Shown here: piece by piece, positions 8,565 to 18,548 of the stretch
Numbering within the stretch: position 1 is the stretch's first letter
Layout of the letters: each line of letters begins with the position of its first letter
From: Candidatus Hydrogenedentota bacterium
GTDB taxonomy: Bacteria; Hydrogenedentota; Hydrogenedentia; Hydrogenedentales; SLHB01
DNA: 64,000 bases
Reading direction: 5' to 3'
Assembly: GCA_963668025.2 (NCBI GenBank)
Contig: CAXXTH010000010.1
Coordinates: 992,001 to 1,056,000 of the forward strand
Position numbers and translations under genes: made by a program
The notes under the pieces: generated by a model
Told to the model about the DNA's origin: nothing
The model's database searches: none
The model's input: the letters and a program-made list of their open reading frames with translations, nothing else

Positions 8565-11500
8565 ATGTGCAGGTGGATCGTGTGCGTAGGAATCGTGATG
8601 GGGTGTGCTTCATCGGCTTTGGGGGCGGTTTGGTATGTCGACAAGGATAATGCGTCAGAGGCACCAGACGGGAAGACATGGGAAACGGCCTTCACCACTA
8701 TCCAGACGGCCATAGACACGGCGTTTGCGGATGGAGGTGGGGAAGTGTGGGTAGCGGAGGGAACGTATGGGGAGGTACGGACAAGTTATCCACATGATGC
8801 TTACCCGGATGTGGACACCGGCTCTATCCTGATGAGAGAGGGCGTCGATGTATACGGCGGATTCTCTGGGAATGAGACCGAACGCTCCGCTCGCGATTGG
8901 GAAGCGTATGTGACTACCCTTGACGGTTCGGTCTCTCGGGGAGGCTCGAAAGCGTATCATGTGGTGGTAGGAGCGGATAATGCGACATTGGATGGATTAA
9001 CTATCACAGGTGGATTGTGTTCGGCCTCCAATATCGGAAGCCAAACTACTACGCAGTCCGGGGCCGGGATGTTCGGTGGAACCGCCAGGAATTGCGTTTT
9101 TGATGGCAATGTCGCCCTTTTCTTCGGGGGCGGATTATACGCTGGAACGGCCACGAACTGCATTTTTACCCATAATTCACCTTATTATTACTACAAGACA
9201 TCCGCCACCGAGAAATCCACAGAAAAAGGCGGTTATCCCAGCCGTGGCGGCGGCCTGTATGGCGGCGACGCGACGAACTGCATTTTTGTGGGCAACGGCG
9301 CCATGTACGGCGGCGGCATGAGCACCGGCGTCGCCATGAACTGCACATTTCTGGATAACGACGGAAACTACGGCACTGACATGGACAATGGGACCGCCGC
9401 CAACTGCATTTTCTGGGGTGAGTCCGCCGCCGGCATCTATCAATCCACGGTTACCTATTCGTGCGTGCACAGCGGCTTCGCGGGGGAAGGCAATATGGCG
9501 CTGGATCCCTTCTTCGTTGACGCCGTCTCCGGAGACTACCGGTTGCGCTGGGGTTCTCCGGCGGTAGATGCCGGAACCTCCGCGGGCGCACCGGTGGCGG
9601 ACATTCGAGGCGTGGCGCGGCCCCAAGGGGCGGGGGTGGACATGGGCGCCTATGAGATGGACCCCGCCATTGACGAGACCATCCAAGACATGGATGGCGA
9701 TGGCGCACCCGATGATATTGAGGAGAGCCTCGGCTGCGATCCCAATGTGGCGGATGCGGCATTATGGGCCCGCGTGACGAAGCCTTCTGAAAGTGGGACA
9801 TTTTATAAGACACCTATATATGTATATGGTAACCGTTCGTGTATCGATGTGAATATGGTGCTGTTAAGTTTTGACGGTGGTGTTAGCTTTCCGGTGGCCG
9901 CTATGCTCGATCATTTAGAATGGTCATATGTGTGGAAGCCATCGGTCGAAGGAACGTATAAAGTAGTGGTGCGAGCCATTAATGTTTACGGTGGGTATGT
10001 CGATTCAGAACCACTGACCATAAAGTACCGGTCGGCCAAGCCAGCCGCTTCCATTACCCTCCCCTGCGCAGGTGCGCATATTCAAGGTGTCGTGGATATT
10101 CAAGGAACTGCAGAAGGCTCGGATACTTACGGATTTCAAGATTATGTACTAGATTATCGGCCTGGCGCCGATCCAGACTCTACGGAAGGAATGGTAGAGC
10201 TGATCCGTGCTACACAAGTTGTTCAAGGAGCTACAAGTGAATATAAAATGACCGATCCTATGTCATGGACCCAAGCCGAACAACAAGCGGTAGAGTGGGG
10301 CGGGCATTTGGCAACGATAAACAGCCAAGAAGAAAATGATTATGTTTATCAATTATTAACAGGAATAGGGAAAGTCTGGATAGGATTGAATGATGTTGCA
10401 GAAGAGGGAGAATTTGTCTGGGTCAGCGGCGATACCTCTGTTTACAGGAATTGGGATACGGGTGAGCCCAACAATATAGGGAATGAAGACTACATAGAAA
10501 TGTATGGTTCAGCGGCTTCATCATCTACCCAATTCGGGAAATGGAATGACGCATCGAACAGCAACTCTGAACCGGGTCTAGTCGAAATACCGAGTAATGG
10601 AGCGGTGCTTTATAGTGGCTGGGATGTAAGCGGATTAGAGCCTGGGCCCTATACGCTTCGGCTACAAGTGACGGATGGTTCCGGGCTGGTCACGAGCACC
10701 ACCTGGACGACAGTTTATGTAGACCATGATTCTGTGGCCCCTGAAGCGCTCACGGGGTTAAATATTGTTGGCGATGTATATTCGAGCGTAGTAGCGAATG
10801 GTAATACGGCGCATGTGGCCGGCCAAGCGGAACCGGGCAGTGTAATCGATTCCGCCCAGGTGCTGGACGCATCAGGCGAGGTGTTGATGGATATCACCAC
10901 CGACATGTGCTTGCATCTCAACGGTGTGATTCGAGGCGTTTTTACGTTGCCCGATGAACTCTCCACCACCTCTATTAGCCTACAACTTCGAGTGCGCGAC
11001 GCCGTAGGCAATGTAGGGCCGTATGCGCAATCCAACGTGCTGCCGGTGGATAACGCCAATCCTACAATTTCGGTGAGTTTTCCCTTATCCAACGCAATGT
11101 TGCCTCGGGCCGGAGTTTTACTGACCGGCTTTGCGGAAGACGCCGGTGCTGGAGGGCTCGCGCGGGTGGAATTTAGCGCCGATGGCACGAATTGGGTGGA
11201 GGCTGCGGGAACGGCTGCTTGGAGCTATGCCTGGTCGCCGACGGCGGATGGTAATTATACCCTTCATTTTCGGGCGGTCGATCAACTCGGAAATTCAATC
11301 GAGACCACTATTCCAGTTCATGTAGACAGTACATACCCGTCGGCTTACATCACCACCCCAGCGCAAGGAGCGCAGCTTAACCAAGGGGCCATGGTGGATA
11401 TTCAAGGTTCCGCCTTTGATGCGGCTGATTTTGACAAATATGTGCTCCGGTATGCGCCAGGCATGTCGCCGGTATCTGGATGGGTTTCTATCACTTCCAC

Positions 11501-12212
11501 TCCAGTGACCACGCCGGTGGAGAATGGGCATTTGGCGGATTGGGATACTACTGGTTTATCGGAAGGAATCTATACGATTCGCTTGTATGTGTTTGACCAG
11601 GCGGAAAACTTCGTGGTGTTTGACATGCAAGTGTATGTGGCGGTAAATACGTTGCCCATAGCCACGGGACTTGGATTTAATCCGCCAGTCTTAGGCATAG
11701 GCGATTTATTGGCGGATGTGTATGCCGGTCTGGAAGCGCTCTATACCTATGAAGACGCCGATGGCGATGCCCAGGCCGATTGCCATATCCAATGGTTCAA
11801 AGACGGTTTGGTGCAATCCACGTTTGACAATGTGAATCCGGTGCCCAAAGAGGCCTTATTGGAAGGAGGCGCATGGAGTTTCCACGTGCAATTCCTCGAC
11901 GGCAAGGAGTGGGGGGAATGGTTCGCGAGTGATTCGTTGACCGTACTGACGGATAGCGATGGAGACGGGATCCTAGATACCGTCGAGGGAGCAGGCGATC
12001 CCGATGGCGACACCACGCCTAACTATCTGGACCTGGATAGCGACGACGACAGTGTTCCTGATTCCGTGGAACAAGCCAATGGCAGCGACCCTTATGATCC
12101 CACCAGCATACCTCCGTTGCCTATAAACGGGTTGCTTTTGATGGTCTTGTTATTGTCGGGAATTGGTGTCATCGTGTTACAACAATGCAAGATGTTCAAT
12201 AAACCTATGTAA
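8565..12212 (+). CDS. Large surface protein A: signal peptide, beta-helix/choice-of-anchor-Q region, Ig-like domains, inserted C-type lectin (EPN/WND), DxDxDG Ca-binding repeats, C-terminal TM sorting signal
   Basis: WYVD...DGKTWETAF, GGGLY/NCIF repeats, [14 protein letters not shown]...DMGAYE, GGHLATINSQEENDYV..WIGLND..EPN..WND, DSDGDG repeats, PPLPINGLLLMVLLLSGIGVIV tail; SD GGAGGAG before ATG 8565. Confidence 0.85.
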   Translation: MCRWIVCVGIVMGCASSALGAVWYVDKDNASEAPDGKTWETAFTTIQTAIDTAFADGGGEVWVAEGTYGEVRTSYPHDAYPDVDTGSILMREGVDVYGGFSGNETERSARDWEAYVTTLDGSVSRGGSKAYHVVVGADNATLDGLTITGGLCSASNIGSQTTTQSGAGMFGGTARNCVFDGNVALFFGGGLYAGTATNCIFTHNSPYYYYKTSATEKSTEKGGYPSRGGGLYGGDATNCIFVGNGAMYGGGMSTGVAMNCTFLDNDGNYGTDMDNGTAANCIFWGESAAGIYQSTVTYSCVHSGFAGEGNMALDPFFVDAVSGDYRLRWGSPAVDAGTSAGAPVADIRGVARPQGAGVDMGAYEMDPAIDETIQDMDGDGAPDDIEESLGCDPNVADAALWARVTKPSESGTFYKTPIYVYGNRSCIDVNMVLLSFDGGVSFPVAAMLDHLEWSYVWKPSVEGTYKVVVRAINVYGGYVDSEPLTIKYRSAKPAASITLPCAGAHIQGVVDIQGTAEGSDTYGFQDYVLDYRPGADPDSTEGMVELIRATQVVQGATSEYKMTDPMSWTQAEQQAVEWGGHLATINSQEENDYVYQLLTGIGKVWIGLNDVAEEGEFVWVSGDTSVYRNWDTGEPNNIGNEDYIEMYGSAASSSTQFGKWNDASNSNSEPGLVEIPSNGAVLYSGWDVSGLEPGPYTLRLQVTDGSGLVTSTTWTTVYVDHDSVAPEALTGLNIVGDVYSSVVANGNTAHVAGQAEPGSVIDSAQVLDASGEVLMDITTDMCLHLNGVIRGVFTLPDELSTTSISLQLRVRDAVGNVGPYAQSNVLPVDNANPTISVSFPLSNAMLPRAGVLLTGFAEDAGAGGLARVEFSADGTNWVEAAGTAAWSYAWSPTADGNYTLHFRAVDQLGNSIETTIPVHVDSTYPSAYITTPAQGAQLNQGAMVDIQGSAFDAADFDKYVLRYAPGMSPVSGWVSITSTPVTTPVENGHLADWDTTGLSEGIYTIRLYVFDQAENFVVFDMQVYVAVNTLPIATGLGFNPPVLGIGDLLADVYAGLEALYTYEDADGDAQADCHIQWFKDGLVQSTFDNVNPVPKEALLEGGAWSFHVQFLDGKEWGEWFASDSLTVLTDSDGDGILDTVEGAGDPDGDTTPNYLDLDSDDDSVPDSVEQANGSDPYDPTSIPPLPINGLLLMVLLLSGIGVIVLQQCKMFNKPM

Positions 12213-15200
12213 TGCTTATTTTAAAGTATTAGACTATGTAGTTTTTTTTAAGATAGATTAAGGCATTTGAATGTGAAAAATAGTTAATGTATGAATGTGC
12301 TAAATAAGTTGAGATTTCATTTATATTACTAAGGTACTAATGAGAAAATACACTAAATTACAAAAACAAGCCATGTGAATGTTTGGGGCAATATGGGTTC
12401 AGTTCCATGGCTCACCATAAAGGAGATCGGCGGATGCGCAGATGGATCGTGTGCGTAGGAATCGTGATGGGGTGCGCTTCATCGGCTTTGGGAACAGTTT
12501 GGTATGTCGACAAAGGTAATACATCAGAGGCACAGGACGGCCAGAGTTGGGAAACCGCCTTCGCAACCATTCAACCGGCTATAGACGCAGCTTTCTCTGA
12601 CGGGGGCTGCGAGGTGTGGGTGGCGAAGGGCGCATACGGGGAAGCCCGGGTGAGTTACCCGCATAATGAGCACTCGGATGTGAACACCGGCTCGATCATC
12701 ATGAAGGAGGGAGTCAATCTTTATGGTGGATTTGCTGGAAATGAGGTAGACCGTTCGTCCCGTGATGTAGAAGCCAATGAAACCATAATCGATGGCTCGA
12801 CCGCTCTTGAAGGTGCGAACGCATATCATGTCGTGGTAGGCGCAAACGACGCAATGTTGGATGGGTTCACTATCACTGGGGGTAAATGCTCGTCTAACAC
12901 TATCGGCGATAAGACAACTACTCAGTCTGGCGCTGGAATGTGTGGCGGGACCGCCGTGAACTGCAAATTTGCTGACAACTGGGCAACCTACTTCGGCGGA
13001 GGGATGTATGCTGGAATTGCAATGAATTGCAGGTTCACGGGCAATATATCTTCAAACAAGGGTGGCGGAATGTATTCCTGCACAGCAGTGAACTGTAGGT
13101 TTTCAGGCAATGATGCGTATGACGGTGGCGGCATATATGGCGGCACGGCCACGAATTGCACTATCACAAACAACACCGCCACCTACGGCGGAGGTATGTA
13201 CGGTGGCGTCGCCACGAACTGCATTTTCACCGGTGATTCCGCGACATTTGGCGGTGGCTTGAATGCTGGAACCGCCATGAACTGTACCTTCGCCAACAAT
13301 CAGAGATCGACCGGCAGCGATATCAATGATGGAACCGCCACGAACTGCATCTTCTGGGGGGAATCCGCTGCCGGTATACGTAGATCCTCAGTTGTTTATT
13401 CTTGTGTAAAAGCTGGCTTCGCTGGGGTTGGCAATATCGCATTGGATCCTTTCTTCATCGATACCGCATCTGGGGATTTTCGCTTGCGATGGGGCTCTCC
13501 AGCGGTGAACGCGGGAACAGCATCAGGTGCTCCTGCAACCGATATCCGCGGGGTGGCGCGGCCGCAAGGCGCCGGCGTGGATATGGGTGCCTACGAAATG
13601 AGTCCAACGTCTGACCAGGATCTGCCAGATACGGATGGTGATGGAGCGCCGGACGCGATAGAAGAAAGCCTCGGCTGTGACCCTGAAGTGGCCGATGCAG
13701 CGTTATGTGCACGGTTGACTAATCCGTCGACAGGGAGCACACTTAATGCGGCACCTATCTATTTGAGGGGCACACGTGCGTGTGTAGATGTGAATCTGGT
13801 GCTCTTGAGTTTCGATGGCGGTATCTCCTTCACGACGGCGGCAACGCCGAATGACTTAGAATGGTCATATTCATGGACTCCGTCATTGGAAGGAACGTAT
13901 AGCATTGTGGTGCGGGGAATTAATGTTTATGGCGGCTATGTCGATTCTGATCCGGTAACTGTGCGGTACCGGCCGACCAGGCCGACCGCCGATATCTACT
14001 CTCCATACGCTGGAGCGCACATACAAGGCGTTATCGATATCCTGGGAAAGGCCAAGGGCTCGGATATATATGGATTTCAGGATTATGTACTGGATTACCG
14101 GCCAGGAACGGATCCGAACGCTACGGAAGGAGTGATTGAACTGATACATTCGGTGGAGCCCGTGGAAGGAACAATGGTTGAGTATAGGCTGACAGATGCC
14201 ATGCCCTGGACCAGCGCAGAAGAACAAGCAGTAGCTTGGGGTGGACATCTAGTAACGATAAACAACCAACTAGAAAACGAGTACCTTGCAAATTCCTCGT
14301 GGATTTTCGCAGATCAGGACAGAGTCTGGATTGGTTTGAATGACGCGGCAGAAGAAGGACATTTTGTATGGGTGAGCGGTGAGACTTCTACATACCGGAA
14401 CTGGATGCGGGGCCAACCCGATAACAACAACGGAGAGGAAGACTATGTAGAGTTCTACGGCGCCACCCCCTACTATGCTTACCAGAAGCAATGGAATGAC
14501 AGGCCCAATTCAGAAAATCTTCGAGGTCTTGCTGAAATACCTACTGATGGCGCGGTCCTGTATCGCAACTGGGATGTAAGCGGGCTGGAGCCTGGTCCGT
14601 ATACGCTACGGCTACTCGTGACGGATGCTTCCGGATTGGTTACCGGCACTGCCTGGACGACGGTATATGTAGACCACGACTCGGTGGCTCCTGAAGCGCC
14701 GTCTCCGCTAGACATAACAGGCGGCACGTATGCCAGCATCGTGGCGAATGGGAATACGGTACATGTGGCCGGCCAAGCGGAACCGGGCAGTGTAATCGAT
14801 TCCGCACAGGTGCTTGACGCATCGGGCGCGGTGTTGATGGATATCACCACTGACATGTGCTTGCATCTCAACGGTGTGATTCGAGGCGTTTTTACGTTGC
14901 CCGATGAACTCTCCACCACCTCTATTAGCCTACAACTTCGAGTGCGCGACGCCGTAGGCAATGTAGGGGCGTATGCGCAATCCAACGTGCTGCCGGTGGA
15001 TAACGCCAATCCTACAATTTCGGTGAGTTTCCCCTTATCCAACGCGATGCTGCCTCGGGCCGGAGTTTTGCTGACCGGCTTCGCGAAAGACGCCGGTGAA
15101 GGAGGGCTCGCGCGGGTGGAATTTGGCACCGATGGTACGAATTGGGTGGAGGCTGCGGGAACGGCTGCGTGGAGCTATCTATGGACGCCGACGGCGGATG

Positions 15201-16070
15201 GCGATTATACCCTTCATCTTCGTGCTGTCGATCAATTGGGTAATTCTGTCGAGACCACTATTCCAGTGCATGTCGATAGTGCATATCCGACGGCTACTAT
15301 CGCCACCCCCGCGCAAGGAGCGCAGCTTAACCAAGGAGCCATGGTGGATATTCAAGGTTCCGCCTTTGATGCGGTGGATTTTGATCAATATGTGCTCCGG
15401 TATGCGCCAGGCATGTCGCCGGCATCTGGATGGGTTTCTATCACTTCCACTCCAGTGGCCACGCCGGTGGAGAATGGGCATTTGGCGGATTGGGATACTT
15501 CTGGTTTGGCGGAAGGGATCTATACCGTTCGCTTGTATGTGTTTGACCAGGCGGAAAACTCCGTAGTGTTTGACATGCAAGTGTATGTGGCGGTAAATAC
15601 GCTGCCCATAGCTACGGGACTGGGATTTAATCCACCCGTCTTGGGAATAGGCGATTTATTGGCGGATGTGTATACCGGTCTGGAAGCGGTCTATACCTAT
15701 GAAGACGCCGATGGCGATGCCCAAGCCGATTGCCATATCCAATGGTTCAAAGACGGTGTAGCGCAATCGACGTTGAACAATGTGAATCCGGTGCCCAAAG
15801 AGGCCTTATTAGAAGGAGGCGCATGGAGTTTCCAAGTGCAATTCCTCGACGGCAAGGAGTGGGGAGAATGGTTCGCGAGTGAACCGTTAATTGTACAGAC
15901 GGATAGCGATGGAGACGGTATCTTAGATACCGTCGAGGGAACTGGCGATCCAGATGGCGACACCACTCCAAACTATCTGGACCTGGATAGCGATGACGAC
16001 AGTGTTCCGGATTCCGTGGAACAAGCCAATGGCAGCGACCCTTATGATCCCACCAGCATACCTCCGTTGC
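10790..16070 (+). repeat. Near-identical ~1.3-kb direct repeat shared by the two surface-protein genes (about 10790-12120 and 14740-16070; offset 3950 bp)
   Basis: For example 10902-11018 is identical to 14852-14968 (117 bp); elsewhere in the tract only scattered substitutions are visible. Confidence 0.9.
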
Positions 16071-16156
16071 CGCTGGACTGGCGGCTGCTCGCCGTGATCA
16101 CACTGGGTAGTTTGGTCTTGGCCATGCGGAGACGAATCGCGTGGCAAAAGTCATAA
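12434..16156 (+). CDS. Large surface protein B, tandem paralog of A, with a QPD/WND C-type lectin insert
   Basis: Same architecture as A with extra beta-helix turns; lectin motif WMRGQPDN...QWND; tail [25 protein letters not shown]; SD AAGGAG before ATG 12434. Confidence 0.85.
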   Translation: MRRWIVCVGIVMGCASSALGTVWYVDKGNTSEAQDGQSWETAFATIQPAIDAAFSDGGCEVWVAKGAYGEARVSYPHNEHSDVNTGSIIMKEGVNLYGGFAGNEVDRSSRDVEANETIIDGSTALEGANAYHVVVGANDAMLDGFTITGGKCSSNTIGDKTTTQSGAGMCGGTAVNCKFADNWATYFGGGMYAGIAMNCRFTGNISSNKGGGMYSCTAVNCRFSGNDAYDGGGIYGGTATNCTITNNTATYGGGMYGGVATNCIFTGDSATFGGGLNAGTAMNCTFANNQRSTGSDINDGTATNCIFWGESAAGIRRSSVVYSCVKAGFAGVGNIALDPFFIDTASGDFRLRWGSPAVNAGTASGAPATDIRGVARPQGAGVDMGAYEMSPTSDQDLPDTDGDGAPDAIEESLGCDPEVADAALCARLTNPSTGSTLNAAPIYLRGTRACVDVNLVLLSFDGGISFTTAATPNDLEWSYSWTPSLEGTYSIVVRGINVYGGYVDSDPVTVRYRPTRPTADIYSPYAGAHIQGVIDILGKAKGSDIYGFQDYVLDYRPGTDPNATEGVIELIHSVEPVEGTMVEYRLTDAMPWTSAEEQAVAWGGHLVTINNQLENEYLANSSWIFADQDRVWIGLNDAAEEGHFVWVSGETSTYRNWMRGQPDNNNGEEDYVEFYGATPYYAYQKQWNDRPNSENLRGLAEIPTDGAVLYRNWDVSGLEPGPYTLRLLVTDASGLVTGTAWTTVYVDHDSVAPEAPSPLDITGGTYASIVANGNTVHVAGQAEPGSVIDSAQVLDASGAVLMDITTDMCLHLNGVIRGVFTLPDELSTTSISLQLRVRDAVGNVGAYAQSNVLPVDNANPTISVSFPLSNAMLPRAGVLLTGFAKDAGEGGLARVEFGTDGTNWVEAAGTAAWSYLWTPTADGDYTLHLRAVDQLGNSVETTIPVHVDSAYPTATIATPAQGAQLNQGAMVDIQGSAFDAVDFDQYVLRYAPGMSPASGWVSITSTPVATPVENGHLADWDTSGLAEGIYTVRLYVFDQAENSVVFDMQVYVAVNTLPIATGLGFNPPVLGIGDLLADVYTGLEAVYTYEDADGDAQADCHIQWFKDGVAQSTLNNVNPVPKEALLEGGAWSFQVQFLDGKEWGEWFASEPLIVQTDSDGDGILDTVEGTGDPDGDTTPNYLDLDSDDDSVPDSVEQANGSDPYDPTSIPPLPLDWRLLAVITLGSLVLAMRRRIAWQKS

Positions 16157-16172
16157 ATCAAGTATAGCCATA

Positions 16173-16214
16173 ACCAAAAGGCAGGCTGCTTGTAGAGGCG
16201 GCTTGCCTTTTGGT
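16173..16214 (+). terminator. Intrinsic terminator after surface protein B
   Basis: ACCAAAAGGCAGGCTGC-loop-GCGGCTTGCCTTTTGGT hairpin. Confidence 0.75.
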
Positions 16215-16354
16215 GCGTTACCGACATGGCGAGATCCACAAATGCCATCTCATTATGTACATCCGTACCCCGTTGACAAGATGGTAGTTCTTCACTACAC
16301 CGCTGTTTTCACGGGCGGCGAAACAGCCCTCCTTCATCCTGCTCAACTTATGAA

Positions 16355-18045
16355 CCTAAAAAAGGCAGTAGGAACTTGCTTTGGGATTTTTCCAGCCCAA
16401 TTTTGTAAAGAAATAACTGTCCTGGCCCGCTCTTTACGTTGGCGCCGACAGCAGGTTGGGGGTGGCCAGCGGCCTTCCCTCGAGTATTTTGGCGAAGATC
16501 CGGCTGAGGATCGTCCGCCATCGTTCGTTCCAGTTCAACTGCCGCGCAGTTGCTTTCACCTCCAATAAAAAGGCGTTTACGGATTTCAGAACTTGTTCCA
16601 TAGCATGTCCTTGCGCATGCACGGGGGTGATGGTGAGCGTGGTTTGGCCTCCGTGGCGGGTCTGCTGTCCCACACCATACAGCAGCAGAGGGCGGCTTGT
16701 GATCGCTTCGGCGTGGCGCTCCGGAATCGCCAAGCGCACGTACAAAGACCACCAATTGTAAATCAGGGCTATGATTCGCGCCATGATTTGGCAGCGCTTC
16801 ATATCGTGGGTGGTATACCCGCCCCACCCCCACTGGTTTTTCTGTTCATCGTAGATGTTTTCCGCATCGCCCCGGTCGCGATAATGCTGGGCCAAGGCCG
16901 ATAGGGGGTCTGTCAGCGAAGTGGCCAGCAGCGCGTATTCATACTGCTGCACGGCTCCCGCTTGGATCTCAATGAGCTGTAGTTGGGGGGAGGGGTCAGG
17001 CAATAGCGGCTCCGTTTCCAGAACGATACTCCCTTTGAGCTTGCGCCGCAGAACGATTATCCGGCGTTTGCTCGTCCATCCCATAAGCTCCAGACGGTCT
17101 TCCAAACCTTCCCAGCCTTGGCCTGCTGGCGTCCAGTCCTTAGAACAAAAGGCCTGCTGGATAAGCCGTTTCACGTTGCTGGTCTGCCGCAATTTGAACA
17201 GATAGGGCACTCCGCGCGCTTCGGCTTCGCTCATGTCGCGTTCGTTGCCGAAGGCGCAGTCGCCGCGAATCATGCCAGGCCAGGCCGCGCGCGGCAAGCC
17301 ATCGAGAAAATGCCACAATCCAGGCATGGTGTATTTCGCCGCCGTCTCGTTGCCCGGCCGGACTTCCACGTCCAGCACCAAGCGCGTGTTCGCCATAAAA
17401 TAGGTATGCAGCACATGAGAAGGACGGCCCTGTTTCGCCGGATTGTAGCCCAGCACGGCCCCTTCTTGATGGCCGAACAGGGGCTTCACGCTTGTATCCA
17501 CGTCCAAAATCCAAGGCTCATAAAGCAACGGCTCATAACAGCGGCGCAGGTGCTTCTGTAGCCAGCCCGCGCAGGCTTCCCCGTCCGCCAGTATAAATGC
17601 CCGCCGCGCCGAGGAGGCGCTCATGATCTTGCTCATACCCAGCAAGCCCGGGTTCACCGCGTCGTAACGGACCGCGTCAATGTGCGCATAGCGGGTGTGG
17701 CCCGCCAGCACTGATAAAAATAGCGTGCCCAGCACATCCCTCTTGCGCGGCGCATTATTGCTGGCGTACGCCAGCGGACAGTCCTCCACCCACGCTTCAA
17801 AAAGCTCCGCCGTCTTGAGGAAATCGATAAAGAACGCCAACTGGCCAAACGGCGTCGTTGCCGCCTCCCGGTCCCATTCCACATGCACCCGGCCCCCGTA
17901 GCTATCTACGAAAATCGGCGCCTCCAAAGACAACCATTCCTCCTCTCCCAATGGGGGAGCATCTTGCTGTTGCGATTCTGTTTCCATGTTCTTTATCTTG
18001 AACTACTTCCTGCTCGACACTCAAGATTCAACTGGCGTTTTTAGG
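16355..18045 (-). mobile_element. IS1380-like insertion sequence (1691 bp)
   Basis: Imperfect TIRs CCTAAAAAAGGCAGTA (from 16355) vs CCTAAAAACGCCAGTT (reverse complement of the 18045 end), 13/16 match; 5-bp direct repeat ATGAA at 16350-16354 and 18046-18050. Confidence 0.88.
16434..17987 (-). CDS. IS1380-like DDE transposase
   Basis: TPFGQLAFF, WILDVDTS..LFGHQEGAVLGYNP, IRGDCAFG, YRDRGDAENIYDEQKNQWGWGG. Confidence 0.88.
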   Translation of the reverse strand: METESQQQDAPPLGEEEWLSLEAPIFVDSYGGRVHVEWDREAATTPFGQLAFFIDFLKTAELFEAWVEDCPLAYASNNAPRKRDVLGTLFLSVLAGHTRYAHIDAVRYDAVNPGLLGMSKIMSASSARRAFILADGEACAGWLQKHLRRCYEPLLYEPWILDVDTSVKPLFGHQEGAVLGYNPAKQGRPSHVLHTYFMANTRLVLDVEVRPGNETAAKYTMPGLWHFLDGLPRAAWPGMIRGDCAFGNERDMSEAEARGVPYLFKLRQTSNVKRLIQQAFCSKDWTPAGQGWEGLEDRLELMGWTSKRRIIVLRRKLKGSIVLETEPLLPDPSPQLQLIEIQAGAVQQYEYALLATSLTDPLSALAQHYRDRGDAENIYDEQKNQWGWGGYTTHDMKRCQIMARIIALIYNWWSLYVRLAIPERHAEAITSRPLLLYGVGQQTRHGGQTTLTITPVHAQGHAMEQVLKSVNAFLLEVKATARQLNWNERWRTILSRIFAKILEGRPLATPNLLSAPT

Positions 18046-18193
18046 ATGAAAGCGTATGGCTGCGATTTACTCCAGTCCGGGTCAAACTCCATATATAACT
18101 GCGGAAGTTGGGCTAAACAGCCTCCGGACGGCGCTGCCCTGTCTATTTCCTTATGCACCTGAGAAGTGAGGGGTGATAGCCCTGAAAAAACAG

Positions 18194-18231
18194 TTGTGTT
18201 TCAGATCTACTCTCAGTATACTGAGTATACT
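18194..18231 (+). promoter_or_regulatory. Putative promoter with overlapping palindromic operator upstream of the GH36-like gene
   Basis: TTGTGT-17-TATACT; CTCAGTATACTGAG palindrome (18212-18225); AGTATACT occurs twice. Confidence 0.45.
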
Positions 18232-18548
18232 TTAGTGGGTATGCCTTCAATTGACTTTATTTAAGTTAATGCGCGGCAAGATCTTAAGTTAAATTTCCTT
18301 AGTGTCCTTTGGCGCTTGGATATCATGGGCGATTCGGCAGACCGTAGGGATTTTGAGGAATAGTCCAGCGCAGCATGCGCAGCGTGATTCATTTCAACTG
18401 CATTTAGCGGTGCGCCCGAGGGGCCATCACAAAGCCAGCGCCCGCGATTATCTTATTGCCGATTTCGCCAACTTCATTTTGGTGAAGCCGTAATTTCAAT
18501 TCTGTCTAGCGTTGGAGTGGAAAGTCATCATAATGGGAGGAGAGACTA

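Noticed and set aside
8565-16156. Diversity-generating retroelement targeting the C-type lectin domains
   Set aside because: No reverse transcriptase or non-coding template repeat. Differences are not adenine-specific, and both copies are full coding genes.
18150-18350. TPP riboswitch (CTGAGA and CGTAGGGA words)
   Set aside because: The conserved GAACCTGA/GnTAAT core and the expected spacing are absent, and the downstream gene is unrelated to thiamine.
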